Shown here piece after piece: positions 51,328 through 64,000 of a DNA stretch of 64,000 nt. The notes beneath the pieces are model-generated. The model worked only from the letters and a program-made list of their open reading frames with translations. It was not told the origin of the DNA and ran no database searches. This DNA comes from Eledone cirrhosa (Eukaryota): positions 148,614,001-148,678,000 of the forward strand of contig OZ024743.1 in assembly GCA_964016885.1 (NCBI GenBank), given 5' to 3'. Position 1 is the stretch's first letter. Every line of letters begins with the position of its first letter. The position numbers and the translations under genes were made by a program.

Positions 51328-53662
51328 CTCCTTGAGTCTCAGTCATTGATGTTAGTTAACTGGAAAGTTTGTTGGAATGAATATCAAGCCACTACCTGCA
51401 GCCTCAGATATTCAGGACGTATCGGAGGGTTCTTGCTGTTCCCAGCAAGCATGCCTTTTGAAGCGTTCCAAAAAGCGTGAAGGGGCCGATTTTCTTTAAC
51501 CATCCCTGGAAACTTTTGGAGATAGTCCCCAGTGCGCCTATGACAATCGGGATCACTTTGACTTCATGGCAGTTCCAAATCCTTTTTACCTCCCACTTTA
51601 AGTCCTAGTATCGGTTAATTTTCTCCCTCTCCTTCTCTTGCACTCTCGTGTCGAATGGCAGGCCACATCCACAATCAGGCACAATCTTTTTTCTTTGTCC
51701 ACAACCACCAGGTCAGGTCTATTGTGTTCCAGTTTCTTGTCCGTCTGTATCCTAAAATCCCACAGCACCTTCACCTGATCGTTCTCTATCACCGCCTCTG
51801 GCTTATGCTCATACCATTTCTCAGAATGTGGTAAACTGTTTACTTTGCACAGGTGCCAGTGGATCACCCTGCCCATCACATCATGTCTCCAGCCCTTATA
51901 GTGGGTCTGGGCTAGGTGTTTACACTCGGATACACAGTGAGCCACAGTCTCCTCTCTCTCTCCACAGATCCTGCACAGTGGGCTAGCCTCCTCCTTGTAA
52001 ATATGGTGTTTCAACCACTTCGTTTTGAGGGCCTGCTCCTGCGCAGCCATTAACATTCTTTCTGTAGCCTTTTTAAGGTCTCCTCTTCTCAACCAGTTCC
52101 ATGTCTGTGGATCTCTAAATTCAGTTTTCTCAAAGAAGGTACTATGAAGGGATTTTTCCTGAAGGCTGCTCTTTCTCCTTGATGTTATTTCCTCCTTGGA
52201 CATCCCCTGGCCTATTGTCCCCTCCTTCAGTACAGTTCTGAGCATTGGCTCCTTACTATCAGTCACGTATTTGTGTAGGTTGTTTTTCTCCATCTGAACA
52301 CAGTCCTCTATGCTGATAAGACCTCTTCCACCCTCAGATCTCTTTAAGTAGAGTCTATCGACATCACTCCTCTTGTGGAACATGTTGTAGATAGTCAATA
52401 GCTTCCTAGTCTTCCTATCCATTTCTTTTTGTTCAGCAACATTCCATCTCAGAATTCCCGCACTGTACCTAATAATAGACACAGCTCGGGAATTTACTGC
52501 GCTTATGGCATTTCTGCTGTTCAGATGTGACTTCAATACGCTCCTTATTCTCCGAATGTATTCAGTTCTTAAAAATTCCTTCATTTTTTTGTTCTTTATG
52601 CCATCAGCCTCCAGAACGCCCAAATACTTGTATCCTTCCTCAGAGTCAATTTCCTTTATCATCTCACCCGTTGGTATCTGGATTCCGTTAATTCTGCTCA
52701 ACCTACCCCTTCTCATCACAATGACTCCACACTTACTAATACCAAATTGCATACATATATCACTGCTGAAAATACGGACAGTGTCAACAAGCACATCCAA
52801 CTCCTTCTCACTCTTCCCGAAGAGCTTAAGATCGTCCATGAAGAGGAGGTGATTGATGGTAAGCCCTCCCTTTCCCAACCTGTATCCTGCTCTCACTTTT
52901 CGCAGTACACTGGTCAGGGGCATCAGGGCAATGACAAACAACAGAGGGGACAGGCTATCTCCCTGGAAGATACCTCTCTTGATCTTCACGCTTCCCAAGG
53001 ATTCTCCAGTTGATGTCAACTCTGTTTCCCAGGACCTCATACTTTTGCCCAACAACTGTCTGATGTTATCTGCCACCTTGAAGATCTCCAGGCTTTTGGT
53101 GATCCAAGAATGAGGCACCATGTCAAATGCCTTGCTGTAGTCTATCCTTCCCATGGCAAGATCAGTGTGTCTCCTGCTGCAATTCCCCATTACCATCTTA
53201 TCAATAAGTAACTGGTCCTTTGTACCACGTGACTTCTTTCGGCATCCTTTCTGTTCGTCCGGTAACAAGTAGTTTGTGTGGAGGTGATGGTAGATTTCCT
53301 CAGACACAATGCTCTTTAACAGTTTCCACATTACGGACAGACATGTGATAGGTCTATAGTTGGTAACATCATTACCCTTGATTCGGTCTTTCATTATCAG
53401 AACTGTGGTACCTTTTGTCAACCACTCTGGTACCTCACCTGACATCAAGCAGTCATTGAACATTGTTGTCAGTTTCGAGTGGAGGGATGTTATATTTTTA
53501 ATCCAATACCCCTGCACACCATCTGGGCCTGGTGATTTCCAGTTGGTTAGTTTTTTGGCCTGCCCCTTAAGAGTTTCAACTGTGATACTCAAATCAGTTT
53601 GTTGATGTGCCTGTTCAGCGATCTCCTTCTGTACTGTCTCAATCCACACTGCCTGGTCATGA
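51328..53662 (-). mobile_element. R4/Dong-clade LINE (RT + CCHC + restriction-like endonuclease), 5'-truncated, 3' end in (TAA)n
   Basis: 'WKSPGPDGVQGYWIK', 'NYRPITCL', 'EQKGCR..SRGTKDQLLID', 'GIFQGDSLSPLLF', 'HLLFMDDLKL', 'CRICGEREETVAHCVSEC', 'RHD', 'RPDLVVVDK'. After a frameshift near 51655 the frame continues 'VIPIVIGALG...QKACLLGTARTLR' to a stop at ~51404. (TTA)n lies at 51298-51327. Confidence 0.92.
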
Positions 53663-54290
53663 TGGGGCTGGTGATGCTGGTGTGGGTGGTGGCATAGCTG
53701 TCTTAATTTTTTTGTTTGTTTGCTTATTTGTTTCCCCCTGCATTTTGTTTTTGGAGGGCGAAAAAAGAGGATTTTTTTCTTTTTTGGGTTCTTTTTTTTT
53801 CTTTTTTTCTTATACCATTTCCCACCCCTCCTCATCGTCACAATCTGTCTCCAGTTGCGCTAGGTCGGGGAGTGAAAAATCCTCCACAGGCGTTGGTTTT
53901 GGTTGTGGCGTGGTGGATGGTGGAGGCGCTGGTGCTAATTCTGGGGCGGTGGGTGGTGGTGGTGTTGGTTTTGCTACTGCTGCTGGGGTTGTTGCTGCTA
54001 CAGTTGCTTCTGTTGTTGCTGCTACAGTTGTTGCTGCCATTTCTGCTGCTGGTGGTTTTGATGGTTGAGTCACTGAGGTGGGTAGGAAAGGTGGCCTCAA
54101 CTTTTTGGTCTGAGGGCAGAAAGCCTTTAGGTGGGTTACTTCTCCACAAACGGCACACCTAGGCCTTCTACCCTCAACAATTACGGTGAGGTGGCTGCCC
54201 TCATTGAGTTCTATCACCTCTGGAATTTCCTCAATGTATTTTTGGTCCGCTTGGATCCGGACCAGTTCTCCTGCTTTTCTTTTGTTACCT
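53660..54290 (-). mobile_element. Inverted ORF1 segment of the adjacent Tx1 element (zinc knuckle + Pro/Thr-rich + Lys-rich)
   Basis: ORF 53810..54217 'VIVEGRRPRCAVCGEVTHLKAFCP' (CX2CX4HX4C), typical of L1/Tx1 ORF1; lies head-to-head with the plus-strand Tx1. Confidence 0.7.
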
Positions 54291-57200
54291 CACACATACA
54301 AATCACTCGCATCACACAGAAAACGTACACGACACTAAAACAAAAATTCCCCAAGGACATCAGAGACTTCCGACAAGCACTCCCCACGAGGATTTATAAG
54401 GACATCCTTCCGGAGGAGGCCACAAGCGGTGAATAGGATAGAAAACCATCCTTCCTCTCTGAGAAGTAAGGTAAGTGGTCTTTCCCATCTTTTTCCACTC
54501 CTTTTCAACATGACCTCACTCAGAATAGGCAGCATAAATGCGCGTGGCCTGGGGTCGTCATGGAAGCAGGGCCACCTGCTCAACAACCTCTGTTCTATAG
54601 ACATAGATATGGTGGCAATCAGCGAGACCATAATCTCCGAGGGACGAGCGTTCACACCGATCTTTGGCGGCTACGATGTATACGCATCTCCCAGCCGTCC
54701 TAGATTGGGGGGAGGAGTTGCTGTGCTTTTTCGGAGAGGTTTGGGTCTCGCCATACGGGCCATCTTCCTGGACCCAGAAGGTAAGTTGATGGTGCTGGAT
54801 GTGACCAGCGGAGACGGGCAAGCTTTCAGGCTAGTGGCCGTCTATGCCCCGACAGGAGCAGGGCGGTCTGATTTCTTCCGGCGTCTGGAGACCTTTCTTG
54901 GAACGTCCCGCTCTTTAGTGTTAGTGGGCGACTGGAACGGGATCTTAGATGCACGCTGGGACTGTGTGTGATTAGCGGATAGGGGAGGAGGGTGTAAATT
55001 CCTCGTAAACCTACCCAGAGAGTTTCAACTATCTGATAGGTACCGTCTGGATTTCCCGCATGTGCCAGTTTGGACATGAACAAACCGCATCGGGTCATCC
55101 AGATCATATCTAGATAGGATATTTTGTAGGGAAATAGATAGGTCTAGTAAAGGATGTCCACATTTCAAAGTAGTCGACTACACGGACCACAAATTCGTGA
55201 TCTGTGAGGTTGACTTAGATAGGCTTCATAGACAGGGACCAGCTAATGGAAGCTAAACGCGTCATTAACAGCGCGCAAGGCCTACAGAGACCGGATTAGT
55301 GAACTAGTTAAGTGAGCGTTGACGGGGGCCATCGTCAACAACAAATGGTGGTTTGCTCTGAAAAGAGCGATTAGAATAGAGTCCATGAGGTTTAGTAAAG
55401 CTTTAGCAATAGAGAAAAATAGAGCAGAGGGAGACCTAGTTAGAAAATTAGACGAGGCGCTTAGTAAAGGCATCGTGACCGACGTACTTGCGGCAAATTT
55501 GGCCCTTGACCATTTCTTAAATGCAAAGCACGAAGGCTGCGGTGTCAGAGCTAGTGTGCGTGCTCTCAGACACGAGGGTACGAAAGCCGTTCAATGGACC
55601 CGAGTGGCCGAGGCGCGTCGTGCCAACAAAGCCACGATCCGGTCTTTGGAGGACGATGACGGGCGCATACTACTCAATCCCGGGAAAATATGTGAAGCTT
55701 TTAAGCGACACATCGCTCAGCTTTTCGGGGGAAGTGGCACGCCGGATCGAGGGATGGACTTTAGTGTCTACCTCGACGGACTGCCGCGGCTCTTGGCCAC
55801 TAAGGCGGAGTGTTGCGAAAAGCCGATAACAGCCGCTGAAGTATGGGAGGCAATGACTGGCTGCACAAGAGGTAAATCGCCTGGTTTGGATGGTCTGCCC
55901 TATAAACTTTACGTACAGATACCAGACTTGTTCGGAGGCCTCTTCGCGGACGTCTACTGCAACTGGCAACAGAACGGGAGAATTCCCAGCTATCTGAGCC
56001 GAGGAGCGTTGGCGCTGCTGAGAAAGGATCCAAACAAGGGGGATAACATAGATAATTTCAGGCCCATAACTCTGCTAAACACAGAGATCAAGATTTTGGC
56101 CAAGGTGCTAGCAAAGAGGTTGGTTCTTGTCGTTGGTGGTCTAGTGGGAGAGGCGCAGACATGCGCCATTCCCGACAGATCCATCCACGACAACCTCCAC
56201 CTCATGCGATACATCGTTGAGAGGGTAGCTAGGGAACCTGGCACGTGTGGGTCCTTGATCAATTTAGATCAGTCGAAAGCTTTCGATAGGGTCGACCATC
56301 GTTACCTAGCGGCAGTCCTGAGGGCGGCTGGCTTTGGGCCCGTCTTCAGAGGCTGGATCGCTGCCATGCACAGCGACATCTGCTCTGTGGTGAGAGTGAA
56401 CGGTCACCTTTCGTAACCGTTCAACATCATGCGCTCGGTCGGCCAAGGATGTCCCATCTCGTCCCTCTTGTACGTATTGACTTTAGAGCCATTACTGCTC
56501 AAACTGGAGACGTTGAGGGGGGTCTCGCGCGAACTTGGATGCGGAAGATCTGTGTCAGCATATGCGGACGATGTCACCGTAGTGGTGTCGAACGCCAAAC
56601 ACATCGAGGCGATCGGCACTACAGTAAGAGAATACGAAGCGGTGACAGGAGCAATGATCAACCAGGAAAAGTTGGTGGGCCAGCAGCTCGGCACCAAGAG
56701 AAGCAGGTCCATGCTGTCCAACAGCGTCGTCGGGCGCTGGACGGACGGACCGGTTAAATTGCTAGGGGTCTGGTTTGGTCCGGAACTTCAGACGGACAAA
56801 AACTGGGACGCGGTGACGAGCAGGGTAGCTTCTCTCACCCAGAAATGGTCAGAGAGGAAGCTTTCCCTGAAAGGTCGAGCGGAGGTGGTGAATGCGTACG
56901 TCGCGTCCATCATCTACTACGGCCTGACCGTCGTGCATTGTCCTAAGCCTTGTCTGACTGCGCTGGAGCGTTTGCTCTTTCGCTTTTTGTGGAAGGGACG
57001 CGCTCCGATAGTCAGGTGGTCCATCTGCTGTCAACACCCTCTTCGTGGAGAGCTGGGCATGCCGTGGCTGATGATGCGCAGACACGCACTCAGGCTACGA
57101 CATCTCCACCTCTTCCTCAACGGCGATCAGGTGTGGTCGCCGTTTGCTAGACGCGTCTTTCTCCAGCTCATCTCCTTGACGGAGTTGCAGTCCTGGGTCA

Positions 57201-57982
57201 AGCGAAGACCGAGAGAGAGCGCTTGGAGACTGGAATGTCTTCAGGCGCTCACAGTCCTCGACCAATCGGGCAGTGTGATCGGTCGACACTCCACCTTGGC
57301 GTTCTATGGAGGATTAGTGGAGGGGAAGAGCGACGACATACTTGGGGAAACTCTAGGCGTCGACGAAAATCAACTAGCCAACGTCCAGTGTCCAAGCATT
57401 GCTGAGTTGTGTTTATGTCGAACACCTGCTGTCGCGTGTAGGAAGGATCCGACTATCAGCTGAGTCCATCGTGAGGATTTCCCCACCCTCTTTCTTTAGC
57501 CGGGAAGGGCAGGCTGTTTTTATCTGTTTGGTAGCCATGGTGAACGAGATAGTATGGTGGACGCGTTTGAAAGAGCTGAAGACGAGCACTTACCTCTTCG
57601 GTGATGCCCTGATTAACTTTTTCAAATTTCATTTGAAAAGGAAAATCAGGGTAGAGAGGGAAGTGCTCTCTTCCCAGCATTTTGTTGAAAGATGGGTGAG
57701 AGAGGTAAGAATGGCCCGGGTGAATAGGCATACTCTGTGTATGTGCCTGTAATCTGAAGGTGGAAAACTGGGAGAGGGCACTTCCCCTGGTGGTCAGAGT
57801 CACCGTGGCTTTCTCCACGAATGTCCCTCGGACGTCTCCCCCCTATTGGGAAATTTTTCATTGTTTATTTTTTGTTACATCCTCTGTTTTTGTTTTTTTA
57901 CACGCAGAAATGCCTATTTGTACCATCCTGTATTGTCCTTAATGTATTACTTTGTGTAAACCCTTGTGGTCAATAAAGAAAG
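54290..57982 (+). mobile_element. Tx1/L1-clade LINE (ORF1 end + ORF2 APE-RT, 54510-57752), decayed, 3' end in (ATT)n
   Basis: APE 'IGSINARGL', 'AISET', 'VAVYAP', 'VGDWN', 'SYLDRI', 'TDHK'; RT 'KSPGLDGLP', 'NFRPITLLN', 'LDQSKAFDRV', 'QGCPIS', 'AYADDV'. Several stops and an internal deletion near 57380; AATAAA at ~57972, then (ATT)n. Confidence 0.92.
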
Positions 57983-58151
57983 CATTATTATTATTATTAT
58001 TATTATTATCATTTTTATTTTCTTTCATTATTGTTTCAGAGATATATGCTGAGTGGCTTCCTGACACCTAGGGCAAATAAATTGGTAAGCCAGTTAATAC
58101 AGCACATTGATTATAATTTAAAAAAAAAAAAAAATTATTATTATTATTATT

Positions 58152-59612
58152 CGTGGGGCGCTAGACGGACGGACCGGTAAAGTTGCTCGGGGTTTGGTCC
58201 GGACCAGACCTCCAGGTGGAAAAGAATTGGGACGAGGTAACGAGCAGCATAGCCAGTCTCACCCAAAAATGGGCTGGGAGGAAGCTATCACTGAAAGATG
58301 GCATGGAGGTGGCGAATGCGTACATCGCGTCCGTCATCTACTACCGCCTGACCGTCATGCCTTGCCCCCGTCCGCGCCTCATCAAGTTGGAACGGCTCCT
58401 CTTCAAATTCTTGTGGAGGGGACAAGTTCCGTTGGTGAGGCGGTCCATCTGCTGCCAACACCCTCTACGCGGAGGGCTGGGCATGCCGTGGCTAATGATG
58501 CGCAGACATGCATTGAGGCTGCGACATCTCCAGATATTCTGCCTAAACGGTGAACAGGTGTGGTCGCGGTTTATCAGCCGGGCCTTTCCGCAGCTCATTT
58601 CTTGGGTCAAGAAGAGACCGAGACTGGGTGACTGGCACCTGGAATGTTGCCAGGCACTCACTGCCCTCTACCAAGCGGGCAATGCATCAGATGAACTTCC
58701 ACTCTCGAGTTCTATAGAGGATTAGTGGTGGGAAAGTGCGATGACGCACTCGGAGAAGCTTTGAGCCTCGACGAAGTCGAACTGACCAGTCAGTACCGGA
58801 GGACCTTCGAGCCGGGGACGATGGACAATTTCCAGAAATCCCTCGCTTGGCAGTGCTACCGGGGGGCACTGCTGGTTCGGGATAAACTCTACAGGCACGG
58901 AAGTGCTGTCAGACGAACCTGCCCAAGTTGTACACAGAACAACGAAACCGTTCTGCACGCACTCGTTCAATGTCCGTGCATTACTGACTTGTGAAGTTAT
59001 GTCGAACAGCTACTGTCGCGTGTGGAACGAATCCGGCTATCGGCCGAGTCCATAGTGAAGATCGACCCGCTGCCTTCCTTAGGTCAGGAAGAGCAGGAAA
59101 TGTTTCTCTGTCTGGTGGCAGTTGCGACAGAGGTTTTATGGTGGACCAGATTAAAAGGACTGAAGACAGACACTTTTCTCTTTGGCCAATCCCTCATCAA
59201 CTTCTTCAAGTTTCACCTGGAAAGGAAGGTAAGGGTGGAGAGAGAAGTGCTGCCCCCCAGTACATTTGCTAAAAGGTGGATGAATGTGGTGAGAATGGCT
59301 CGTGTGAATGGGCCTACTCTGAACTGTTACAGGCTAGCTAACTTGAGGTGAGAGGTGCTCTCCCTGGGTGCCCTAGAAGCGCAGGGTGGTTCAGGATTGG
59401 TGGGGTACCCGAGTCACCCCAGGGTCGTACACCCCCTATCGGGGAATTTATTTTGTTATATTTATGCATAGTTTATTTTATATTTTTATATCTTCATTGT
59501 TAAATTAGTCTTGCCATTGTGCACTTTTACTCGACCTTATTGTAAACCCCCACTGTCCCTGTCTTTGTATTGTCCCCTACATGTCGGCCCTTGTGGTTAA
59601 TAAATGAAATCA
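58152..59612 (+). mobile_element. Tx1/L1-clade LINE, 5'-truncated, flanked by (ATT)n on both sides
   Basis: ORFs 58183.., 58725.. ('CPSCTQNNETVLHALVQC') and 59022..; ends 'ccttgtggttaataaatgaaatc' + (att)n. Confidence 0.92.
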
Positions 59613-61329
59613 TTATTATTATTATTATTATCCTAGCCTGGTTGATTAATTCATTTGTCCTTCCAGAGTGGAGTACAGGAGTCAATATATTCAAATAAAT
59701 CCCCCACTATAAACTTGTGCCTATGTTAGAAATCATTATTATTAAAAGTACTTATTATTGTTCATTTGTATTTAAAAAAAAAACATTAAGAAGATGACAA
59801 AAAAAAATATGTTAGCAAATATCAAAAAAGTAATAAAGACATTTCTGTTGTATAAAAGGTCTTGTCAAGTTAGAAAGTAATCCCCAATATTATATTTTAA
59901 TCCTTAGGATTAGGATTAATCTATGTCTTGATATATCCAGAGTAGTAGACAAATCAGATTATTATTATTATTATTATTGCTGGCGTTGTTGTTATTGAAA
60001 TGGACATTCTAGACATCAAGCTCTTCCAGGAAAAAGATTAAATTACACTGAAATTTGAACACTCATTTGTAATGTTGTTTGTTCTTCAACACAATGAATC
60101 AAATTAGAAGCCTGATTGTACTTCCAACATCAAAGGGATTACATCACCTATATTTCTAAAACTCCTGAGTATTCACTTGGTATTCACTCAAGCCAAGGAA
60201 GCAGGTCATCTGAGTGCCTACAAATAGCAGTTGAATCTCCCTCAAATCCAACTTTTCTGATTTAACCTTTTCATTACCATGTTTCTAATGGAAGACATTG
60301 TATTTGATTTTCAAATCATTTTGGAAATAATCAAGAATTTAGAGGGATTTTATAAACATAACTAACTCTCTCATTTTTACACTGATGTTTAGAAGATACC
60401 TTAAATATTTCTACATGAAATTATGATGGAATGTTTTTAGATACATACAAACACTTTAAAATAAACATTTTGTAATGCAATTTTAGGCAGTTTGGTATCC
60501 AAATGGTTAAAAATAAAGATGAAAACATTATAAAGTATTCATAGCTACATTATGTTGAAATAACAATGGAATGGTTTTTGGATAATATGTCTACTCATAA
60601 TTCAAGCAGTAGCCTCTATGGAAACTAGTGAACTTTGTTGCATTTGTTATGAATTTCAGCCCCCAAGTTCAAATCCTGCTGAGGTTAATTTATTTTTCAC
60701 CCTGAAATTGATAAAATTAAAGTACCAATGGATGAGATAACATGCAGTATTTGTTTTAGATCTTTGCTTTCTCATTTCATAGCCCACTGTGGCTAACTTG
60801 GCTGTTAGAATTTATCTGTCACCTCGTTAGGCCCTTGGATGCTTTTAGTGGAGTTCACATTATTCTAAGAACTCAGACCAGTTCTTCAGTTTGAAAATAC
60901 CTTTCTCCCTTACTATCACCAATTTTGGATGTCCTGAAAGGGTCATGGGCACTAAACCGTCACCTCTAATTAAACAGTTAAATATAAATCAACAACAAGA
61001 ACATTAACTTGACAATCACAACCCTCAGATACATTCTTCTATATGCTGAGTCAAATTATTCCAAGTGAAAGTGTTTAAAATGGGAACGATAGGAGTCAAA
61101 TTCTCTCACAAGAACGTCTGTGTGGTTAAGAAGTTCACTTTTCATCCATATGGTTCCAGGTTTAATCCTACATTTTGATACAATGGGCAAGTGTTTTTTA
61201 TTACTGTAGCTTTGTATTGACCGATACCTTATGTGTAGAATTTAGTTGATGTAAACTCGTACAAAATCACAGCAGATAGCTTGTTCCTGTCTTTCTGTTG
61301 CAAGCAGAGGTTTGTGGGGCAGACTCCTG

Positions 61330-61690
61330 AAACACTCCTTTCAGAAGCAACCATCTCCAACTGATCCAGCTGGATCCCCAAGGAAGACCAGCCAAGCTCA
61401 TGGATGTTATCCAAGCATCTTGTTTGGTTTCCACCCCTGGGTCTCCTGCCGGTTGGTTTTGCCTGTAAAATCTGTCCAGAAGTTCTCTCCTGTAACATTC
61501 TATCCACATGCCCATAATATCGGAGCTGTGATCTCTCAGTTTAGAGAAGTAGTGGCTCTACCTGGAATGACATTCTGATCTGCAATCTACACATTCTATC
61601 GAGTAATGTTACTCCAAAGACCCTTCAGAGGAATCCCATTTTGGCTGATTATATCTGCAATTGTATTCTTTCAATCATTACCCAAGATTT
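61330..61690 (-). mobile_element. RTE (Expander/Rex3-like) C-terminal fragment
   Basis: 'YGHVDRMLQERTSGQILQAKPTGRRPRGGNQTRCLDNIHELGWSSLGIQLDQLEMVASER'. Confidence 0.7.
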
Positions 61691-61760
61691 CTGACTTGTG
61701 ACTACCTATATGTAGCTATTAGACAAAACAAAAAAAAATCATCTTTGTAGTCCAATTTTC

Positions 61761-61897
61761 TTTGAACTAGTCTTCTCTCCCTCCCTCCTTTCTTACTCTG
61801 TGTACATGCTCAGCTTTCTAGTAAATATTTTTGAACTAGTCTTCTCTCCCCCCTCCTTTCTTACTCTGTGTACATGCTCAGCTTTCTAGTAAATATT
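61761..61897. repeat. Tandem duplication of a ~68-bp unit
   Basis: 'tttgaactagtcttctctcc...gctttctagtaaatatt' twice, near-identical. Confidence 0.9.
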
Positions 61898-63088
61898 ATA
61901 GTTATATTTTAGCAAAAGCAAAGAGCAACAAGATTCATTATAGAAAGTAAAGATGACTGTGTGGTGTACATGCCTTTCTTAAGAGTAAGCATGATCAAAT
62001 GATTAAGAAGTAAACTTCACAATCATGAGGCCCCAGGTTTGATCTTTTGATATCTTGGACAAGTGTCTTTATCCTAAACATATAAGGGTTGGCTGAAAGA
62101 GTCATAGGCAGACAAAGATACTCTCATGGAATGACCAAATGAGTTTTATTTGTCAATGTAGTCACTGGAAAGAAACAATGCAGTTATTAATAAAAAGGGT
62201 TGAAATAAATGTATGCAAGATTTTACAGCTTTAGCATTAATCCTTCATAGTTAGCCTATGAATTGTTTAGCTGATACTTGTAAGTTTGCCCTAGCCATGT
62301 AAGTGAAATTGGTTGACAAAAACTGAAGAAAAGTCTGTAGGAATTGATTGTTCTTGTAATTCACATATTGTATCATCCTGATTTGGCTTGGAAATTGCAT
62401 TAAAGGGCCATGTGTCTGTGGAATACTCAGCTATTTAAATGTTTCATTCAGTTGACTGAACAACTGAATGCTCAGTCAAAATCTGATGGTGGATCTAACA
62501 AGAACACTAGGAGCATAAATGACAGGAAATGGAATCAAAACCAGTTTGCTGATTCAGCATACTGAAGAATTTGATTTTGAATCTACTGTTTTTATCCTTT
62601 TTTTTTTATTTTTCAGCCAAGCAAGTAAGAAAGACAAAAATATACACTTTTTAAAATCCTAAACCTTGTCCATGATATCAAATCTGATTTGTATTTAGGA
62701 AATACTATATGAGTGCATAATGGTGTGACTATACAACAAAAAAAAAGCACCCAGTAATATTTTGATGCTGTTCGAAAGGATTAGGCAGATGTTTTAAGCT
62801 ATAGTGTTAAGACTTTATATTCCTTGTTGGGTTTTTACTTTATTAATAAATTTCAGTTATTTTCGTTGTTGTTATTGTTCTAGTTGAAATAGTTTTTTGA
62901 CTGGATTTATTTTATGATTTCCATTTGTTTTAGAATTTTGTGTGATTAGATATGTGTGCATGTGTGTGTGTTTGAATGTGTGTAAACATTGTACATGGAT
63001 TATATCTATCTATGTATTTAGCTCTCTCTCCCTCTTTGTCTTTCTTTCTCTCTCTCTCTCACTATATATATATATGTGTGTGTGCGTG

Positions 63089-63150
<62 letters not shown>

Positions 63151-63154
63151 CACG

Positions 63155-63186
<32 letters not shown>

Positions 63187-63251
63187 GATATATATATATA
63201 TATATAGAGATATATATAGATAGATATTCATATATTTATTTGTATGTACGA

Positions 63252-63293
<42 letters not shown>

Positions 63294-63349
63294 TCGTACA
63301 TACAAATAAATATATGAATATCTATCTATATATATCTCTATATATATAT

Positions 63350-63396
63350 ATTCCTGATGATTTCTAAAGAATGAAACAGTTCTAGTCCTGTAGAAT
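63350..63396 (+). ncRNA. Isolated type I hammerhead motif embedded directly in (TA)n
   Basis: AUUC-CUGAUGA-UUUC(UAAA)GAAU-GAAA-CAG(UUCUAGUC)CUG-UA-GAAU: canonical core, stem I AUUC/GAAU, 3-bp stem III; the first stem II pair is U.U. Confidence 0.65.
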
Positions 63397-63398
63397 CT

Positions 63399-63449
<51 letters not shown>

Positions 63450-63492
63450 ACATACATATACATAGGGACAGATTGACAGGCAAAGAGGGCTA

Positions 63493-63670
63493 ATAATTGT
63501 TTCTACTTTTGGCACAAGGCCAGCAATTATCCCAGTGCATTACTGGTACTTTATTTTATCGACCTCGTAAGGATGAAAGGCACAGTTAACCTCGGCTGGA
63601 TTTGAACTCAGATCATAAAGGGAGGTAACTCTATGCTTCAAAGCATGGCGTCTGACCCTCTACCGATACC
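63493..63670 (-). mobile_element. tRNA-derived CORE-type SINE, well preserved
   Basis: Minus strand: 'ggtatcggtagaggggtcagac...gagttcaaatccagccgaggttaactgtgcctttcatccttacgaggtcgataaaataaagtaccag...ggccttgtgccaaaagtagaaacaattatt'. Confidence 0.75.
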
Positions 63671-64000
63671 ATGTTTGCAAATATGTGCGAGTGTGTCCAT
63701 ATTTATATATATATGCTCTATCCAGTATGTTAGTTATCATATGCTGTTTTCATATATGTTGTTTGATTGGTGTGTGTGTGTGTGCATAGGGAGAGATGAG
63801 AGCACATTGTTATCTGTGTTGCAATATATTCATATAAGTATGTTTCCAATGTGTGAGCTTGTCTATTTATATGTATATCTTTCTGTTTATTTTTTCTTTG
63901 GTTGTCTAATTCAACTTATGTGAATGTATGTATGTATTATGTATGCATGCATGCATGCATGCATGCATATATGTATGTCTGTGAAATAATAAGTTTGAAT

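Noticed and set aside
51598-53841. 747-aa ORF as a complete gene with a Lys/His-rich N-terminus
   Set aside because: The first ~60 aa are an off-frame read of the inverted Tx1 ORF1 piece and the C-terminus is frameshifted; it is a truncated Dong element.

Overview
AT-rich, microsatellite-dense eukaryotic DNA with no recognisable host protein-coding exon. The repeat repertoire (CORE-type tRNA SINEs, RTE LINEs ending in (ATG)n, abundant (TA)n/(CA)n) suggests an invertebrate, probably a cephalopod (octopus-like) intron or intergenic region; that assignment is inference. Almost all interpretable sequence is mobile DNA. It includes Penelope-like elements (PLEs) of two types (Hydra-like and Nematis-like, both with a C-terminal GIY-YIG endonuclease), several RTE LINE copies, three Tx1/L1-clade copies, an R4/Dong element, an Ingi/Vingi fragment, two non-autonomous Helitrons, hAT MITEs and a mariner relic. 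The most interesting layer is RNA-structural. By eye I find about a dozen intact or decayed type I hammerhead ribozyme (HHR) motifs, mostly in short inserts within (TA)n tracts. These include a non-coding ~518-nt partial-tandem unit that looks like a retrozyme, a bare ~50-bp ribozyme insert, a pair of homologues with compensatory stem II changes, and fold-back palindromes and truncations whose breakpoints fall on ribozyme boundaries. Also notable are a decayed Hydra-like PLE with TGA/TGG at two conserved Cys positions (possible selenocysteine ancestry) and a Dong + inverted-Tx1 + Tx1 composite in one (ATT)n tract. All calls are manual; no database search or folding program was run, and boundaries of decayed repeats are approximate.
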